A stretch of 64,000 nt of DNA from Victivallales bacterium (GCA_965228125.1 OZ245791.1:257596-321595), one strand, 5' to 3'. Numbered from the stretch's first letter, positions 9,224-19,277 are shown. A program made the numbers and translations. The notes: generated by a model from the letters alone, not told the origin.

Positions 9224-10330
9224 TTAAGATTTATGTTTGTTTTTGACCCATGCATCAACGAACTGATCCAAATCCCCGTCAAGGACTGCCCCTGTGTTGC
9301 CTGTTTCCACTTCTGTTCTTAAGTCTTTTACCATTTGATACGGATGAAGGACATAGGATCGTATCTGGTTTCCCCACCCCATTTCAGTCTTGTCACCACT
9401 TATAGAGTTAGCTTCTTTTCTTTTTCCGTCTTCTTTCAATGCAAAAAGTTTTGCTCTTAGCATTTTCATGGCCGTCGCTCTGTTCTTGTGCTGTGAACGT
9501 TCAATCTGACAGGCAACAACTATCCCGGTGGGAATATGTGTGAGCCTGATAGCGCTATCTGTTTTGTTTACATGCTGACCGCCTGCCCCGCTGCTTCTAT
9601 AAGTATCTATTCTCAAATCCTTTTCGTCTATTTCTATCTCATCGTTGTCCTCTTCGAATTCAGGCATAACCTCGATAGAAGCAAAAGAAGTATGCCTTCT
9701 GGCATTGCTGTCAAATGGGGATATCCTCACGAGCCTGTGAATTCCTCTTTCTGCTTTAGAATAACCGTAAGCAAAAAGGCCCTTAACCAGAAATGTTGTA
9801 CTCTTTATCCCTGCTTCCTCTCCAGGCTGAAATTCTACGATCTCTTCGCTCCACCCACGCCTCTCAAACCATCTTCTGTACATTCTGGAAAGCATAGAAG
9901 CCCAGTCACATGATTCCGTTCCGCCTGCGCCGGCATGGACAGAAATATAAGCATTGTTCTTATCGTATTTGCCGGAGAGAAAACTCAAAAGTTCAGCCCT
10001 GTCTATTTTGGGAGAGACTTCTTCCCAAAGAAGTTTAGCTTCCTGCAACATATCTTCCGTAGGGTTTTCCATTACAAGTTCAGCCATGGCTGTAAAATCC
10101 CCTAAATCTTTTGAAAGCCTATCATAACTCTCAAGCACTGTTTTTGCTGCGCTTAGTTCGTTCATCAATACTTGAGACTTTTCTCTGTTATCCCAAAAAT
10201 CAACCGCAAGCATCTTTTCTTCAATATCTTTCTTAGACTGAATTTTTTCGTCTATTTTAAGGTGTTTTTTGAGGTTAAAAGTTCGCTCTTTTGCATCATT
10301 AACAAATGTATTAAGTTCATCAATGGTCAT
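9224..10330 (-). CDS. prfB: Peptide chain release factor 2
   Basis: GGQ motif (SGAGGQHVNKTDSA) and RF2-specific SPF motif (RISPFDSNARRHTSF). Full-length 368 aa in a single frame. Confidence 0.95.
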   Translation of the reverse strand: MTIDELNTFVNDAKERTFNLKKHLKIDEKIQSKKDIEEKMLAVDFWDNREKSQVLMNELSAAKTVLESYDRLSKDLGDFTAMAELVMENPTEDMLQEAKLLWEEVSPKIDRAELLSFLSGKYDKNNAYISVHAGAGGTESCDWASMLSRMYRRWFERRGWSEEIVEFQPGEEAGIKSTTFLVKGLFAYGYSKAERGIHRLVRISPFDSNARRHTSFASIEVMPEFEEDNDEIEIDEKDLRIDTYRSSGAGGQHVNKTDSAIRLTHIPTGIVVACQIERSQHKNRATAMKMLRAKLFALKEDGKRKEANSISGDKTEMGWGNQIRSYVLHPYQMVKDLRTEVETGNTGAVLDGDLDQFVDAWVKNKHKS

Positions 10331-10388
10331 ATAAACAGTTTACTCCGCTGTAAAAATCTTAGATAAATGCTAATTGATATGATATTAT

Positions 10389-11528
10389 ATGGAACAACTT
10401 AATGAAAGTAATTCTAGTAATAAACTGATTCTAATTTTAGTGCAAGGGATAGTTTGTATGTTTAACAAGCAGAGTAAAGATTTCCTGAAAAAGTTACTTA
10501 TGACTTCATCGCCATCAGGCTTTGAATGTTTCGCAGGCAGGGTTTACAGAGAATATCTGGAAACTTTCTGCGATAGAGTATTTACCGACATTATGGGAAA
10601 CAGTTTCGGGATAATCAATGAGGAAGCACCATTCAAAGTAATGCTGGCCGGGCATTATGATGAAATCGGGTTTCAGGTTGTTCATATTTGCGACAATGGT
10701 TATTTATATTTCCGTTCAGTCGGAGGAATAGATAAAATCACTCTTCCTGGCACAGAAGTAGAAATACTTACAGAAAATGGCAAAGTTCCCGGTGTTATCG
10801 GGAAAAAACCCATACATCTGGTGGAAGTTAAAGATAGGGATAAATCAATCGAAATAAAAGACCTGTGGATTGATATAGGCGTTTCGGATAAGAAGTCAGC
10901 AGAAGAACTTATCTCTATCGGCGACCCGGTAGCTTTCAAACCTAACTATACAATGCTTCGAAATGACCGGCTAATATCGAAGAGTCTGGACGACAAAATC
11001 GGCGCATTTATTGCGGCGGAAGTTATTAAGTCGCTGACTTTGAAAAAAATCAAGAATATAGGCATATACTGTGTCGGAACTGTACAGGAAGAAGTCGGTT
11101 TGAGGGGAGCGCAGACAGCCGCTTTCAGTATTCACCCTAATGTAGGTTTTGCTATAGATGTTGGTTTTGCTACAGACACTCCTGATATCAATGTAAGGCA
11201 ATACGGTATGATAAAACTCGGAAATGGGCCAATTCTTCATAGAAATGCCGACAACAACATAGTTCTGGGCAAAATATTACGTGAGACTGCCAAGAAAAAG
11301 AAAATTGACTATCAGGAAGATGCAGGAGCCAGAGCTTCAGGCGGAACAGACACCTCAGCCATTCAATTAACCAAGAGCGGCGTAGCTACAGCTCTGATAA
11401 GCATCCCAAATAGGTATATGCACACGCAAGTAGAAATGATTGATATGAAAGATGTCGAAAATGCAGTAAGACTCCTGTCAGAGACAATATCAGTCCTGCA
11501 AACAGAGCAAAGCTTCATCCCTGAATGA
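10389..11528 (+). CDS. M42 family metallopeptidase (FrvX / glutamyl aminopeptidase-like)
   Basis: Family-typical N-terminus ...LLMTSSPSGFE... and HYDEIGF metal ligand context. The more likely start is ATG 10458 (MFNKQSKDFLKKLL). Confidence 0.85.
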   Translation: MEQLNESNSSNKLILILVQGIVCMFNKQSKDFLKKLLMTSSPSGFECFAGRVYREYLETFCDRVFTDIMGNSFGIINEEAPFKVMLAGHYDEIGFQVVHICDNGYLYFRSVGGIDKITLPGTEVEILTENGKVPGVIGKKPIHLVEVKDRDKSIEIKDLWIDIGVSDKKSAEELISIGDPVAFKPNYTMLRNDRLISKSLDDKIGAFIAAEVIKSLTLKKIKNIGIYCVGTVQEEVGLRGAQTAAFSIHPNVGFAIDVGFATDTPDINVRQYGMIKLGNGPILHRNADNNIVLGKILRETAKKKKIDYQEDAGARASGGTDTSAIQLTKSGVATALISIPNRYMHTQVEMIDMKDVENAVRLLSETISVLQTEQSFIPE

Positions 11529-11548
11529 ATATGGGAAACAACTCATAA

Positions 11549-12652
11549 ATGAAAAATTTCATCCTCATTACAGGCAATGATGAACTCTCCATCAAGAGAG
11601 AAGCTATGGCTATTTCTTCTACTTTAAAAGAATCGCTAAGCGACAATGTTTCATTCGAAATGATTGATGGCGATTCTGAAAAGAAAAAACTCTCTGAAAG
11701 CATAGGCGCCTTCATTGACAGCGTAAACACTCCTTCTTTTTTCTCTGACAAGAGAGCTATATGGTTAAAAAATGTCCCTTTCGATATAGTCTGTGAATCC
11801 GAAAAAAAAACAAAAGAAGACAAGACGCTCAAAGACCTCCTGTTGCAATCACTGGAAAATGAAATTTCCAATGAAAATCTCAAGATACTCATTAGCGGTC
11901 CACATCTGCCAAAAAAAACAGCCATCTACAAGTTTTTCAAAGAAAATGGCCAACTCATTGAACTTAATGAGATATCTTCCTTTGACTCAGATTTTCAGGC
12001 AAACATAACAGCTAAGATTAGAGAATTCTTCAAAAATGACGGCAAGAGGATCAATAATGAAGCTATCGATTTTATAGCTAATGCTTCAGGGACAAACAGC
12101 GGAAGGCTATCAGCAGAGATGGAGAAAGTCTCTGCCTACACAGATGGCAAGGTTTCAGTAGAAGTGGAAGACTGTAAGGCAATATGTTCCAAAACTTACG
12201 AAATGGCAATATGGGCTTTTTCCGAAGCTCTGGCAGCAAAAAACATTAAAGATGCCCTTTATTCACTGAATATTCTAATAGATAATCCTCAACCCAAGGA
12301 TAAGTCTTCGCCAGAACTACCCTTGCTCTATACAGCTGTCAGAAAGTTCAAAGATATTTTGAACATGAAATCAGCCGCTCAGAAACTGAACATCAAAGGA
12401 GCACACAACTATTATACATTTAAAGCAAAGTTCGAATCTGTTGATAAAACATTATTACCAGACTCAATTTCAAAAATTCACCCTTTCAAGGCTTTTAAAT
12501 CCTATGAACAGTCTTTAAAATTTGGTGAAAGAGAGTTAGCCAATATTTTCTCAGCACTTCTGAACGCTAATATTGAATTGGTTTCCGGTAACCAGACGTT
12601 AAGGCTTGTTCTGGAGAATTTAACTTCATTGATTTGCTCAAAACAAACATAG
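11549..12652 (+). CDS. holA: DNA polymerase III subunit delta
   Basis: 367 aa. N-terminus (FILITGNDELSIKRE) and overall length fit HolA. Weak family, so moderate confidence. Confidence 0.6.
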   Translation: MKNFILITGNDELSIKREAMAISSTLKESLSDNVSFEMIDGDSEKKKLSESIGAFIDSVNTPSFFSDKRAIWLKNVPFDIVCESEKKTKEDKTLKDLLLQSLENEISNENLKILISGPHLPKKTAIYKFFKENGQLIELNEISSFDSDFQANITAKIREFFKNDGKRINNEAIDFIANASGTNSGRLSAEMEKVSAYTDGKVSVEVEDCKAICSKTYEMAIWAFSEALAAKNIKDALYSLNILIDNPQPKDKSSPELPLLYTAVRKFKDILNMKSAAQKLNIKGAHNYYTFKAKFESVDKTLLPDSISKIHPFKAFKSYEQSLKFGERELANIFSALLNANIELVSGNQTLRLVLENLTSLICSKQT

Positions 12653-12663
12653 GTTTCTAGGCC

Positions 12664-14310
12664 ATGAACAATGAGAAGCATTTTTTCGATCATCTTGTCA
12701 TAGGAAGCGGCGCTGCCGGACTTTCTGCTGCTCTCAGGCTCTCCAAACTCGGAACCGTCGCAGTTGTTACAAAAAAGCATCTTGACGATACTAACACATG
12801 GAATGCGCAAGGCGGAGTAGCCTGCGTTGTTGATGACAAAGATACCTATGAAGAACATATCAAAGACACTATTAATGCCGGAGCAAATCTCTGCAATGAA
12901 GAAGTCGCCAGAAAAATTATAACAAACGGCCCTGAATGCCTGGAATCCCTGATATCTATGGGAGCACATTTCACAACCAGAGGAGAAATGGGAGAAGAAA
13001 AGAATTCAACCGAATTTCATCTTGGGATGGAAGGCGGGCATCACAAGAGAAGAATTCTGCATGCTGGTGACATCACAGGAAATGAAATTCAAAGAGCTCT
13101 AATTGATACCTGCAAAAAGAACAGAAATATAACGCTCTTTGAAAATCACGCCGCAATTGACCTTATTACAAGCTGGCGATTGGGATGGATAGGCAATAAC
13201 TTCTGTTTGGGAGCCTATGTTCTTGATGGAGATGCCAATGAAGTTAAAACTTTCCTCTCATACTCTACTACTCTTGCCACAGGCGGAGCAGGAAAAGTTT
13301 ATCTATACACAAGCAATCCCGATGTCGCATGCGGAGGCGGAATAGCTATGGGCTACAGGGCCAATGCAAAAATAGCCAATATGGAGTTTTTCCAGTTCCA
13401 CCCGACTATTCTACATTCGCCCCAACATAAGACATTTTTAATCAGCGAAGCAGTGAGAGGAGAAGGCGGTATCCTCAAAATAAAGAACAGCAAAGACACA
13501 CTTGTTGAATTTATGCATAAATACAATGAAATGCAAAGCTTGGCACCTCGTGATATTGTAGCCAGAGCTATAGATAACGAGATGAAAAAGACAGGACAGG
13601 AATGTGCGTATATTGATATTCGGAAACACGAAAAAGAGTTCTTAACTAGCAGATTCCCTAACATTTATAAAAAATGTCTCGAAATCGGTGTAGATATGAG
13701 CAAAGACCCTATTCCTGTTGTCCCTGCTGCTCACTACTGCTGCGGAGGAGTACTGACCGATTCGAATGGCTTTACCGGAATCAACGGGTTATACGCAGCA
13801 GGAGAAACTGCCTGTAATGGTTTTCATGGAGCAAACAGGCTGGCCAGCAACAGTTTGCTTGAAGCATTGGTTGTTCCGAAATTTGTAGCTGAAGATGTCG
13901 CTCAAAAACTCGATGGTCTGAAAACAGGAAGGCCTTCAGGAAATATACCGGATTGGAAAACAGGCAATGCCACCGATTCGGATGAATTAGTCGTAATTTA
14001 TCATAACTGGGACGAAATAAGAAGATTCATGTGGGACTATGTCGGAATTGTAAGAACCAACAAAAGGCTCGAAAGAGCTAAAGCCAGAATAAGAAACATC
14101 AGAAAAGAAATAGAAAAATATTATTGGGATTTTTTCATCTCTCTGGATTTAATAGAGCTCAGAGATCTTTCCACAGTTGCTGAAATCATAATTGACTCAG
14201 CTCTTCAAAGAAAGGAAAGCCGTGGCTTGCACTTTAACTCAGACTATCCTAAAAGGGAACCCCAATATGACCTCATAAACACTATAATATCAAAAACTCA
14301 TGCCATCTAA
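12664..14310 (+). CDS. nadB: L-aspartate oxidase
   Basis: 548 aa. FAD-binding DHLVIGSGAAGLSAAL, the AQGGVA motif and a succinate-dehydrogenase-like flavoprotein architecture. Confidence 0.9.
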   Translation: MNNEKHFFDHLVIGSGAAGLSAALRLSKLGTVAVVTKKHLDDTNTWNAQGGVACVVDDKDTYEEHIKDTINAGANLCNEEVARKIITNGPECLESLISMGAHFTTRGEMGEEKNSTEFHLGMEGGHHKRRILHAGDITGNEIQRALIDTCKKNRNITLFENHAAIDLITSWRLGWIGNNFCLGAYVLDGDANEVKTFLSYSTTLATGGAGKVYLYTSNPDVACGGGIAMGYRANAKIANMEFFQFHPTILHSPQHKTFLISEAVRGEGGILKIKNSKDTLVEFMHKYNEMQSLAPRDIVARAIDNEMKKTGQECAYIDIRKHEKEFLTSRFPNIYKKCLEIGVDMSKDPIPVVPAAHYCCGGVLTDSNGFTGINGLYAAGETACNGFHGANRLASNSLLEALVVPKFVAEDVAQKLDGLKTGRPSGNIPDWKTGNATDSDELVVIYHNWDEIRRFMWDYVGIVRTNKRLERAKARIRNIRKEIEKYYWDFFISLDLIELRDLSTVAEIIIDSALQRKESRGLHFNSDYPKREPQYDLINTIISKTHAI

Positions 14311-15622
14311 AAAAAATTTTATCACCAGGAACATAGATCTGAACGAACATTTGGGCTCTCACGCCGTTACGGAAATCATCTACAAACTCAACCGCCATGG
14401 GTTTGAAACTTATCTAGTCGGAGGTGCCGTTAGAGACCTCCTCATTAACAGAACTCCGAAAGACTACGATGTTTCCACTTCGGCCACTCCGGAGGAAGTG
14501 AGAGAAGTTTTCTCGAGACGAAGAGCAAGAATAATCGGAAGAAGGTTCAAAATAGTACATATCAGAGACGGCAATCACATCATAGAAGTTAGTACATTCC
14601 GAAAAAGTCCATCTAAAAGTGACATACAGGAGCAGGAAAAAGAATTAGCTCTTGAGCGTGAAAAAGAAATAGAGAACATTGAAGAACAACACTCCCATAG
14701 TGACAAAATTCATCATCACCAGCACGACAAAGACAATGGCTCTCTTATAATCAGAAATGACAACGAATACGGAACTTCTTATGAAGATGCGTGGAGAAGG
14801 GATTTTACAGTAAATGCCATTTTTTACGACCCTATAAAAAAGAAAATTATCGACTACACATCAAACGGTTTGTCTGATTTAGAGAACAAGACAGTAAGAG
14901 CCATCGGGGATCCGAAAATAAGGTTTTCTGAAGATCCCGTAAGAATGCTTAGAGCTTTAAAACTCGTCGGACAGTACGGCTTCACCCTTGATGAAAACAC
15001 TCAAAATGCCCTCATAGGGATGATCAATGACATCAAACTAGCTTCTCTTTCGAGATTAACTTTAGAACTGGAAAAAATACTCTTAAAACCGTACTCATGG
15101 AAGATACTCAATGTCTTTTATGAATATGGTTTCTTGTCATCTTTTCTGCCTAATCTGCATGCGTCCTTTCAGTCAGGTGAAGCAAAGTTGTCCATGGAAC
15201 TGCTCAAAACCAGATGTGAGTACCTGTCTAAGAACAAGATACCTGATTCATTGACCAACGCGATGGCTGTCATGGCTTTACCTTACATCGCATCCAAATT
15301 CTCAGGAAAATACGACAATATCACCCACATGTACGAACACGAAGACAAGAAACCAATGAGGAAAGTGCTGAGAGAGGTTTTTTATCCGATGAACTTTCCA
15401 AGATGGATGATTTGCGAGGCTGTAGATGCGATTTTTATGCAGCACAGACTGTTTACCGGCGAAAAATGTTTCAAATCCAGAAAACACCGTTCATTTTTCT
15501 CCGCCTTTGATCTTGCCAGACTCATTAATCACTGCATAGTCAAAGATGACAAATTCGAGGATTTCTGGGTAAATGTCTTCAACAAAAACCAATCCGTAAG
15601 AAGGCGTCCCCGAAACAATTAG
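14300..15622 (+). CDS. pcnB: Poly(A) polymerase / tRNA nucleotidyltransferase family protein
   Basis: PolyA_pol head motif GGAVRDLLINRTPKDYDVSTSATPEEV and RRDFTVNAIFYD. Contains an acidic/His-rich insert (EEQHSHSDKIHHHQHDKD). Confidence 0.8.
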   Translation: MPSKKNFITRNIDLNEHLGSHAVTEIIYKLNRHGFETYLVGGAVRDLLINRTPKDYDVSTSATPEEVREVFSRRRARIIGRRFKIVHIRDGNHIIEVSTFRKSPSKSDIQEQEKELALEREKEIENIEEQHSHSDKIHHHQHDKDNGSLIIRNDNEYGTSYEDAWRRDFTVNAIFYDPIKKKIIDYTSNGLSDLENKTVRAIGDPKIRFSEDPVRMLRALKLVGQYGFTLDENTQNALIGMINDIKLASLSRLTLELEKILLKPYSWKILNVFYEYGFLSSFLPNLHASFQSGEAKLSMELLKTRCEYLSKNKIPDSLTNAMAVMALPYIASKFSGKYDNITHMYEHEDKKPMRKVLREVFYPMNFPRWMICEAVDAIFMQHRLFTGEKCFKSRKHRSFFSAFDLARLINHCIVKDDKFEDFWVNVFNKNQSVRRRPRNN

Positions 15623-16064
15623 AATTTATCCCTGCATCATAAACGGGAAAGTTGGTTGAAAAGTTCTGTAGTAATTTTTCCCTTCACAAAAAAGGGCTTT
15701 AGAGCTTTAGGAAAGTGGAGACAAAGAAACGCAGAAACTAACAGAAAAGAGCTTGCGGTTTTTCTGTGTTTTAAAAATCTTTGCTTGTTTTGGAAAACTA
15801 TCTAAAAAAAGCAGAAAAGATTTTTAAAAGTTTCCGTTTCGGGTCGAGTACCTCTAAGCGTCCCTAGAGAGGAAAATTTTCTACTAAAAATTACTATCTA
15901 AGACTCTGTCTAGCAAAAAATGATTATGTTTACATACATATAAGAAATACATATGCATCATTATTCTGTAAGATATAATATATGTATGACTGTTTTATGG
16001 TATTAATTTATATATATTAAATTCTTATCAATGTTATGTGATATAAAACAGTAAGAATCGAATT

Positions 16065-17750
16065 ATGATGAGAAAGACTGATTTGATAATAAAAGACATA
16101 AAAGAATTGATAACTAGAAAAGGATACATTTATGCCCTTTGTATGATTCTTTTTGAGGATTTTCATATTGACCCTGAACAATTGCATGAGATTGATAATA
16201 GGTCGAGATTAAGCATAAAAGAATCCTCTTTATTACTAGGATTTCTTATCCAGAATAAAATTAATTTTTCAACCCCAAATACACCACAAGATTTAATTAA
16301 CCTAAAACAAAAAACTTATGAATTGATGGAGGAACTACACAATTCTTTCAAAATTCCATTCTTTGAGAAATTAAAAACTCTTAAGCAAGAACCTAAACTT
16401 GAGAATTACAGACAAGAGCAGAAAGAGTTTTTTGGTAAAGGTGATATGCTCATAGAACCAATATTCTATTCTGGGACAGGTGTATATGATTTTCAGTATT
16501 TGGATTTCTTGGAAAAGAAATACAAATATGATAAAGACTGGTTATTTAAAAACAGAAACTTTGATATTAGAAAATCGAAAAATATTGTTATACAAATTAA
16601 AAATATTCTTCAAACGAAATCTCAAAAGATTCGTTTATATGGTTTAAAGGAAAATATACCTAAAATTATTGCGAATCTGAAAAAAGAAGATCCAGTTAAA
16701 AATTGGGAACAATATACGAAAGAGATACTTTCAATGATGGATATATATCAATATGTTGAACTGTTTTTTGAAAATTCAAGTAGTAAAAAGGATTTAAGCA
16801 CTGGAGAGATTAGAGCAGAAGGATGGAGATCGTTTTATGAAGGGTTAATTGAATTATTTGTTATTAGAAAATCTGATTTTGATGACCAAATTGAAATTAG
16901 CTCTTTTCTTGACAACTTTTCTATTTCGCTTGAAGAAAATTTGAATTCTCAATTTCTGGGGATTGGTAGTTTTAATCTAATAAATGCTAAACCTATTATT
17001 CGGCTAGACAAGGATAGATACTTGGTTCTTATTAGTTTTCTGCTATCTGAGGCAGTTTACGAAAGTCCTTTCTATTGGATGTGGAATGATAAACCTTACA
17101 GAGATCAACTTAGTAAAAATAGAGGTACAACTGGAGAAGAAATTGCATATGATTTTTTATCAGAAATATTCGGTAAGGATAAAACTTTTAAAACCGTAAA
17201 AATTACGACTAAAAAGGGGCAAGATGACACAGATATTGATGTTCTTTGCCTTCTTGGAAGTAAGGCACTTTGCGTACAAGTTAAATCTAAAAAACTTACT
17301 GAGTTTTCAAGAACAGGAAATGATGAACAGTTGCAACAAGATTTTAAGTTAGCAGTCCAAGATGCATATGAACAGGGACTCATATCACATAGAAAGATAC
17401 TTGAAAAGCAATCAAAATTTTTTGATGTAAATGGCAATGAAATAAACCTTTCAGAAGATATAGATGATGTCTACATTATGGGAATTACGACTGAAAATTA
17501 CCCATCATTAACTCATCAAACTCATGTAATGATAGATAAAAAAGGAGATGATCCATATCCAATAGTTCTAACTATTTTTGACTTGGAGTTAATAAGTTAT
17601 TATTTCAATGATCCTTATGACTTTTTGTATTATATTAGGCAAAGAACTTCACTGATGGATTATTTCAAAGCTGATGAAGAGATGGGTTTTTTAGCTTATC
17701 ATTTAAATCAAAAACTGTGGAAAATCCAGGATCTGACATATGTCTTATAG
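16065..17750 (+). CDS. Large protein with Mrr-cat/NERD-like PD-(D/E)xK core (N-terminal part of a frame-split gene)
   Basis: 561 aa. Motif GEEIAYDFLSEIFG...DDTDIDVLCLLGSKALCVQVKSKK gives E...D...QxK. The rest is unrecognised. Overlaps the next ORF by 34 nt in another frame. Confidence 0.45.
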   Translation: MMRKTDLIIKDIKELITRKGYIYALCMILFEDFHIDPEQLHEIDNRSRLSIKESSLLLGFLIQNKINFSTPNTPQDLINLKQKTYELMEELHNSFKIPFFEKLKTLKQEPKLENYRQEQKEFFGKGDMLIEPIFYSGTGVYDFQYLDFLEKKYKYDKDWLFKNRNFDIRKSKNIVIQIKNILQTKSQKIRLYGLKENIPKIIANLKKEDPVKNWEQYTKEILSMMDIYQYVELFFENSSSKKDLSTGEIRAEGWRSFYEGLIELFVIRKSDFDDQIEISSFLDNFSISLEENLNSQFLGIGSFNLINAKPIIRLDKDRYLVLISFLLSEAVYESPFYWMWNDKPYRDQLSKNRGTTGEEIAYDFLSEIFGKDKTFKTVKITTKKGQDDTDIDVLCLLGSKALCVQVKSKKLTEFSRTGNDEQLQQDFKLAVQDAYEQGLISHRKILEKQSKFFDVNGNEINLSEDIDDVYIMGITTENYPSLTHQTHVMIDKKGDDPYPIVLTIFDLELISYYFNDPYDFLYYIRQRTSLMDYFKADEEMGFLAYHLNQKLWKIQDLTYVL

Positions 17751-18379
17751 ATTCAAGTATTGCTCAGCTAATAGATAGAAATTATTATCCGATTAAAAAC
17801 GGTATAGAAATTTCAGATAAGGGCGATGCGATAAAAGCTAGATGGAAAAATGATGATTTTGATCGTTTGTGTAGTCATTTAAAATCTCTAAAGATATCAA
17901 AAACAACAGATATTATTTTCTATCTATTAGATTTTTCTGGAGAAGCCAGAGAAAATCTAATAGCCTATATTACCAAAATAAAGCAACAAACTCTGAGAGA
18001 TAAAAAGTCCCACAATTTTTCTATGCCTCCAGATGATGCCTATGTGCCTCGTGTTGGGATTACTTACATTTCATCAAGTACAAATTCTATAGAGGAATTG
18101 AGGAATAGTTTGTTAACCTTATGCCAAGTAAGAAAGTATAAATGTAAGGGAGATGTTTGGATTGGTTTTGGTAGTATAATTAATAGTTCTAATATGATAG
18201 ATGTTGTTATTTTTAATGATCAGAAATGGAAATATGATGCGGCATTAGAAGAAAAATCAAAAATCATGTTAGAAGGGCCCAATCAAGGCAGGCTTACCAA
18301 AATTGATAAAAAAATTTGTAGAAACGAGAAATGTCCATGTGGAAGTGGCTTCAAATATAAAAAATGTTGTGGAAAATAA
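17717..18379 (+). CDS. SEC-C motif protein (probable C-terminal part of the same frame-split gene)
   Basis: GTG start only and no RBS. The frame is open from 17678. The C-terminus CPCGSGFKYKKCCGK is a SEC-C metal-binding motif. Confidence 0.45.
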   Translation: MENPGSDICLIDSSIAQLIDRNYYPIKNGIEISDKGDAIKARWKNDDFDRLCSHLKSLKISKTTDIIFYLLDFSGEARENLIAYITKIKQQTLRDKKSHNFSMPPDDAYVPRVGITYISSSTNSIEELRNSLLTLCQVRKYKCKGDVWIGFGSIINSSNMIDVVIFNDQKWKYDAALEEKSKIMLEGPNQGRLTKIDKKICRNEKCPCGSGFKYKKCCGK

Positions 18380-18471
18380 AAAAATAAACAGAAAAAACTG
18401 TATATAATATACTAATAAAGGAGCTTGGTAATATAAAGGAGCTTGCGAGACAGATATTGAATTGCAAGAAT

Positions 18472-18753
18472 TTAGAACAAATCAGAATGAGTTCCAGTCC
18501 TGAAAAGATAAAGTTCTAGTTCTTGTTTTTTTATTCGATATATTAGGAGCCAATCAGGTTTAATATGGCACTCTTTAAAAGTTTCATAGTTTCCAGTAAG
18601 ACAATGGTCTCTATACTTTGCTGGTAAAGCTTTTTCAGCCATCAACAAATTCAATACAATGGCGAGTTCTTCAGAAATGGATTTACCTTTCTTGCCAAGG
18701 CTTTTAAGTTTTGTTAAATCTTTCTTGAACTGTGAAGAATAGCGAATTTTCAT
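18472..18753 (-). CDS. yafQ: Type II toxin, YafQ/RelE family mRNA interferase
   Basis: 93 aa. MKIRYSSQFKKDLTKL...HCLTGNYETFKECHIKPDWLLIY...GTHSDLF is the YafQ pattern. Lies 5 nt downstream of its antitoxin. Confidence 0.85.
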   Translation of the reverse strand: MKIRYSSQFKKDLTKLKSLGKKGKSISEELAIVLNLLMAEKALPAKYRDHCLTGNYETFKECHIKPDWLLIYRIKKQELELYLFRTGTHSDLF

Positions 18754-18758
18754 TTTAT

Positions 18759-19007
18759 TTACTTAAAAAGTTCATCAACAGAATTACAGACAAAACCACC
18801 ACCATTTTCTAGCTCTTTGATGGCCTCAAGAGTCTCTTTATTGGGTTTCTTAGTCTTAATTACAAAAGGGATGCCATTATATTCTGTGACAGCCCTTAAA
18901 AATATATTAACAGCAGTAGTCGTATTGAGACCTAAATCCTTAAGGATAGTTTCAGCCTGTTTTTTTACCGCTTTATCTGTGCGTATATGAAGCATAGTCG
19001 AATTCAT
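18759..19007 (-). CDS. dinJ: Type II antitoxin, DinJ/RelB family
   Basis: 82 aa. The ribbon-helix-helix N-terminus LHIRTDKAVKKQAETILKDLGLNTTTAVNIFLR is typical of DinJ. Confidence 0.85.
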   Translation of the reverse strand: MNSTMLHIRTDKAVKKQAETILKDLGLNTTTAVNIFLRAVTEYNGIPFVIKTKKPNKETLEAIKELENGGGFVCNSVDELFK

Positions 19008-19044
19008 AATTTCACCTCATTTTATATATCGATAAGATATATTA

Positions 19045-19054
19045 TAGATATCTA
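19045..19054. promoter_or_regulatory. Perfect 10-bp palindrome TAGATATCTA upstream of dinJ-yafQ (candidate operator)
   Basis: Read directly from the sequence, 38-47 nt upstream of the dinJ start. TA antitoxins commonly autoregulate through such palindromes. Confidence 0.3.
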
Positions 19055-19195
19055 TCTGATAATATCAATGTTTTGCAGAACTTAAATTATTCGAGCATCG
19101 GAGCGAGGAACGGTCGGGGAGTACCGGAGCCACGAAGCGCAGAATAATTTTTCATCTACCCTCAATAATCATCATCAGCCCTACTATAGCTATTT

Positions 19196-19250
19196 AGGAT
19201 ATGTCCTAATGTTAACTCTTTTATTTATCATATTAAGGATATATACTTAT
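19196..19250 (+). repeat. Copy A of a ~55-bp intergenic motif (AGGATAyrTCCTAAT...TTTTATTTAT...GGATATATrCTTAT)
   Basis: Aligns with 22013..22065 at roughly three quarters identity. Shared blocks are AGGATA, TCCTAAT, TTTTATTTAT, GGATATAT and CTTAT. Lies 27 nt upstream of the DUF4143 ATPase start. Confidence 0.6.
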
Positions 19251-19277
19251 AATTAAAATTTAATTAAAAGGAACTAT

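Noticed and set aside
9224-10330. Looked for the programmed +1 frameshift site typical of prfB
   Set aside because: The N-terminal region is continuous with the GGQ/SPF body in a single 368-codon frame starting at ATG 10330. No frameshift is needed, so this is the non-frameshifted type found in some lineages.
15727-15771. Two items. First, an AU-rich hairpin (AAACGCAGAAA / TTTCTGTGTTT with a 23-nt loop) as the pcnB terminator. Second, the 12-mer AAACGCAGAAAC, which is shared with about 24889..24900.
   Set aside because: The stem is weak and AU-rich, has one G-U pair and carries a very large loop. Many shared 12-mers are expected by chance within a 64-kb window, so there is no evidence for a real repeat family.
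18415-18446. Short direct repeat ATAAAGGAGCTTG occurring twice, 5 nt apart, between the SEC-C gene and yafQ
   Set aside because: There are only two 13-nt copies in an AT-rich spacer. No flanking structure or further copies were noticed. It is not enough to call a functional element.
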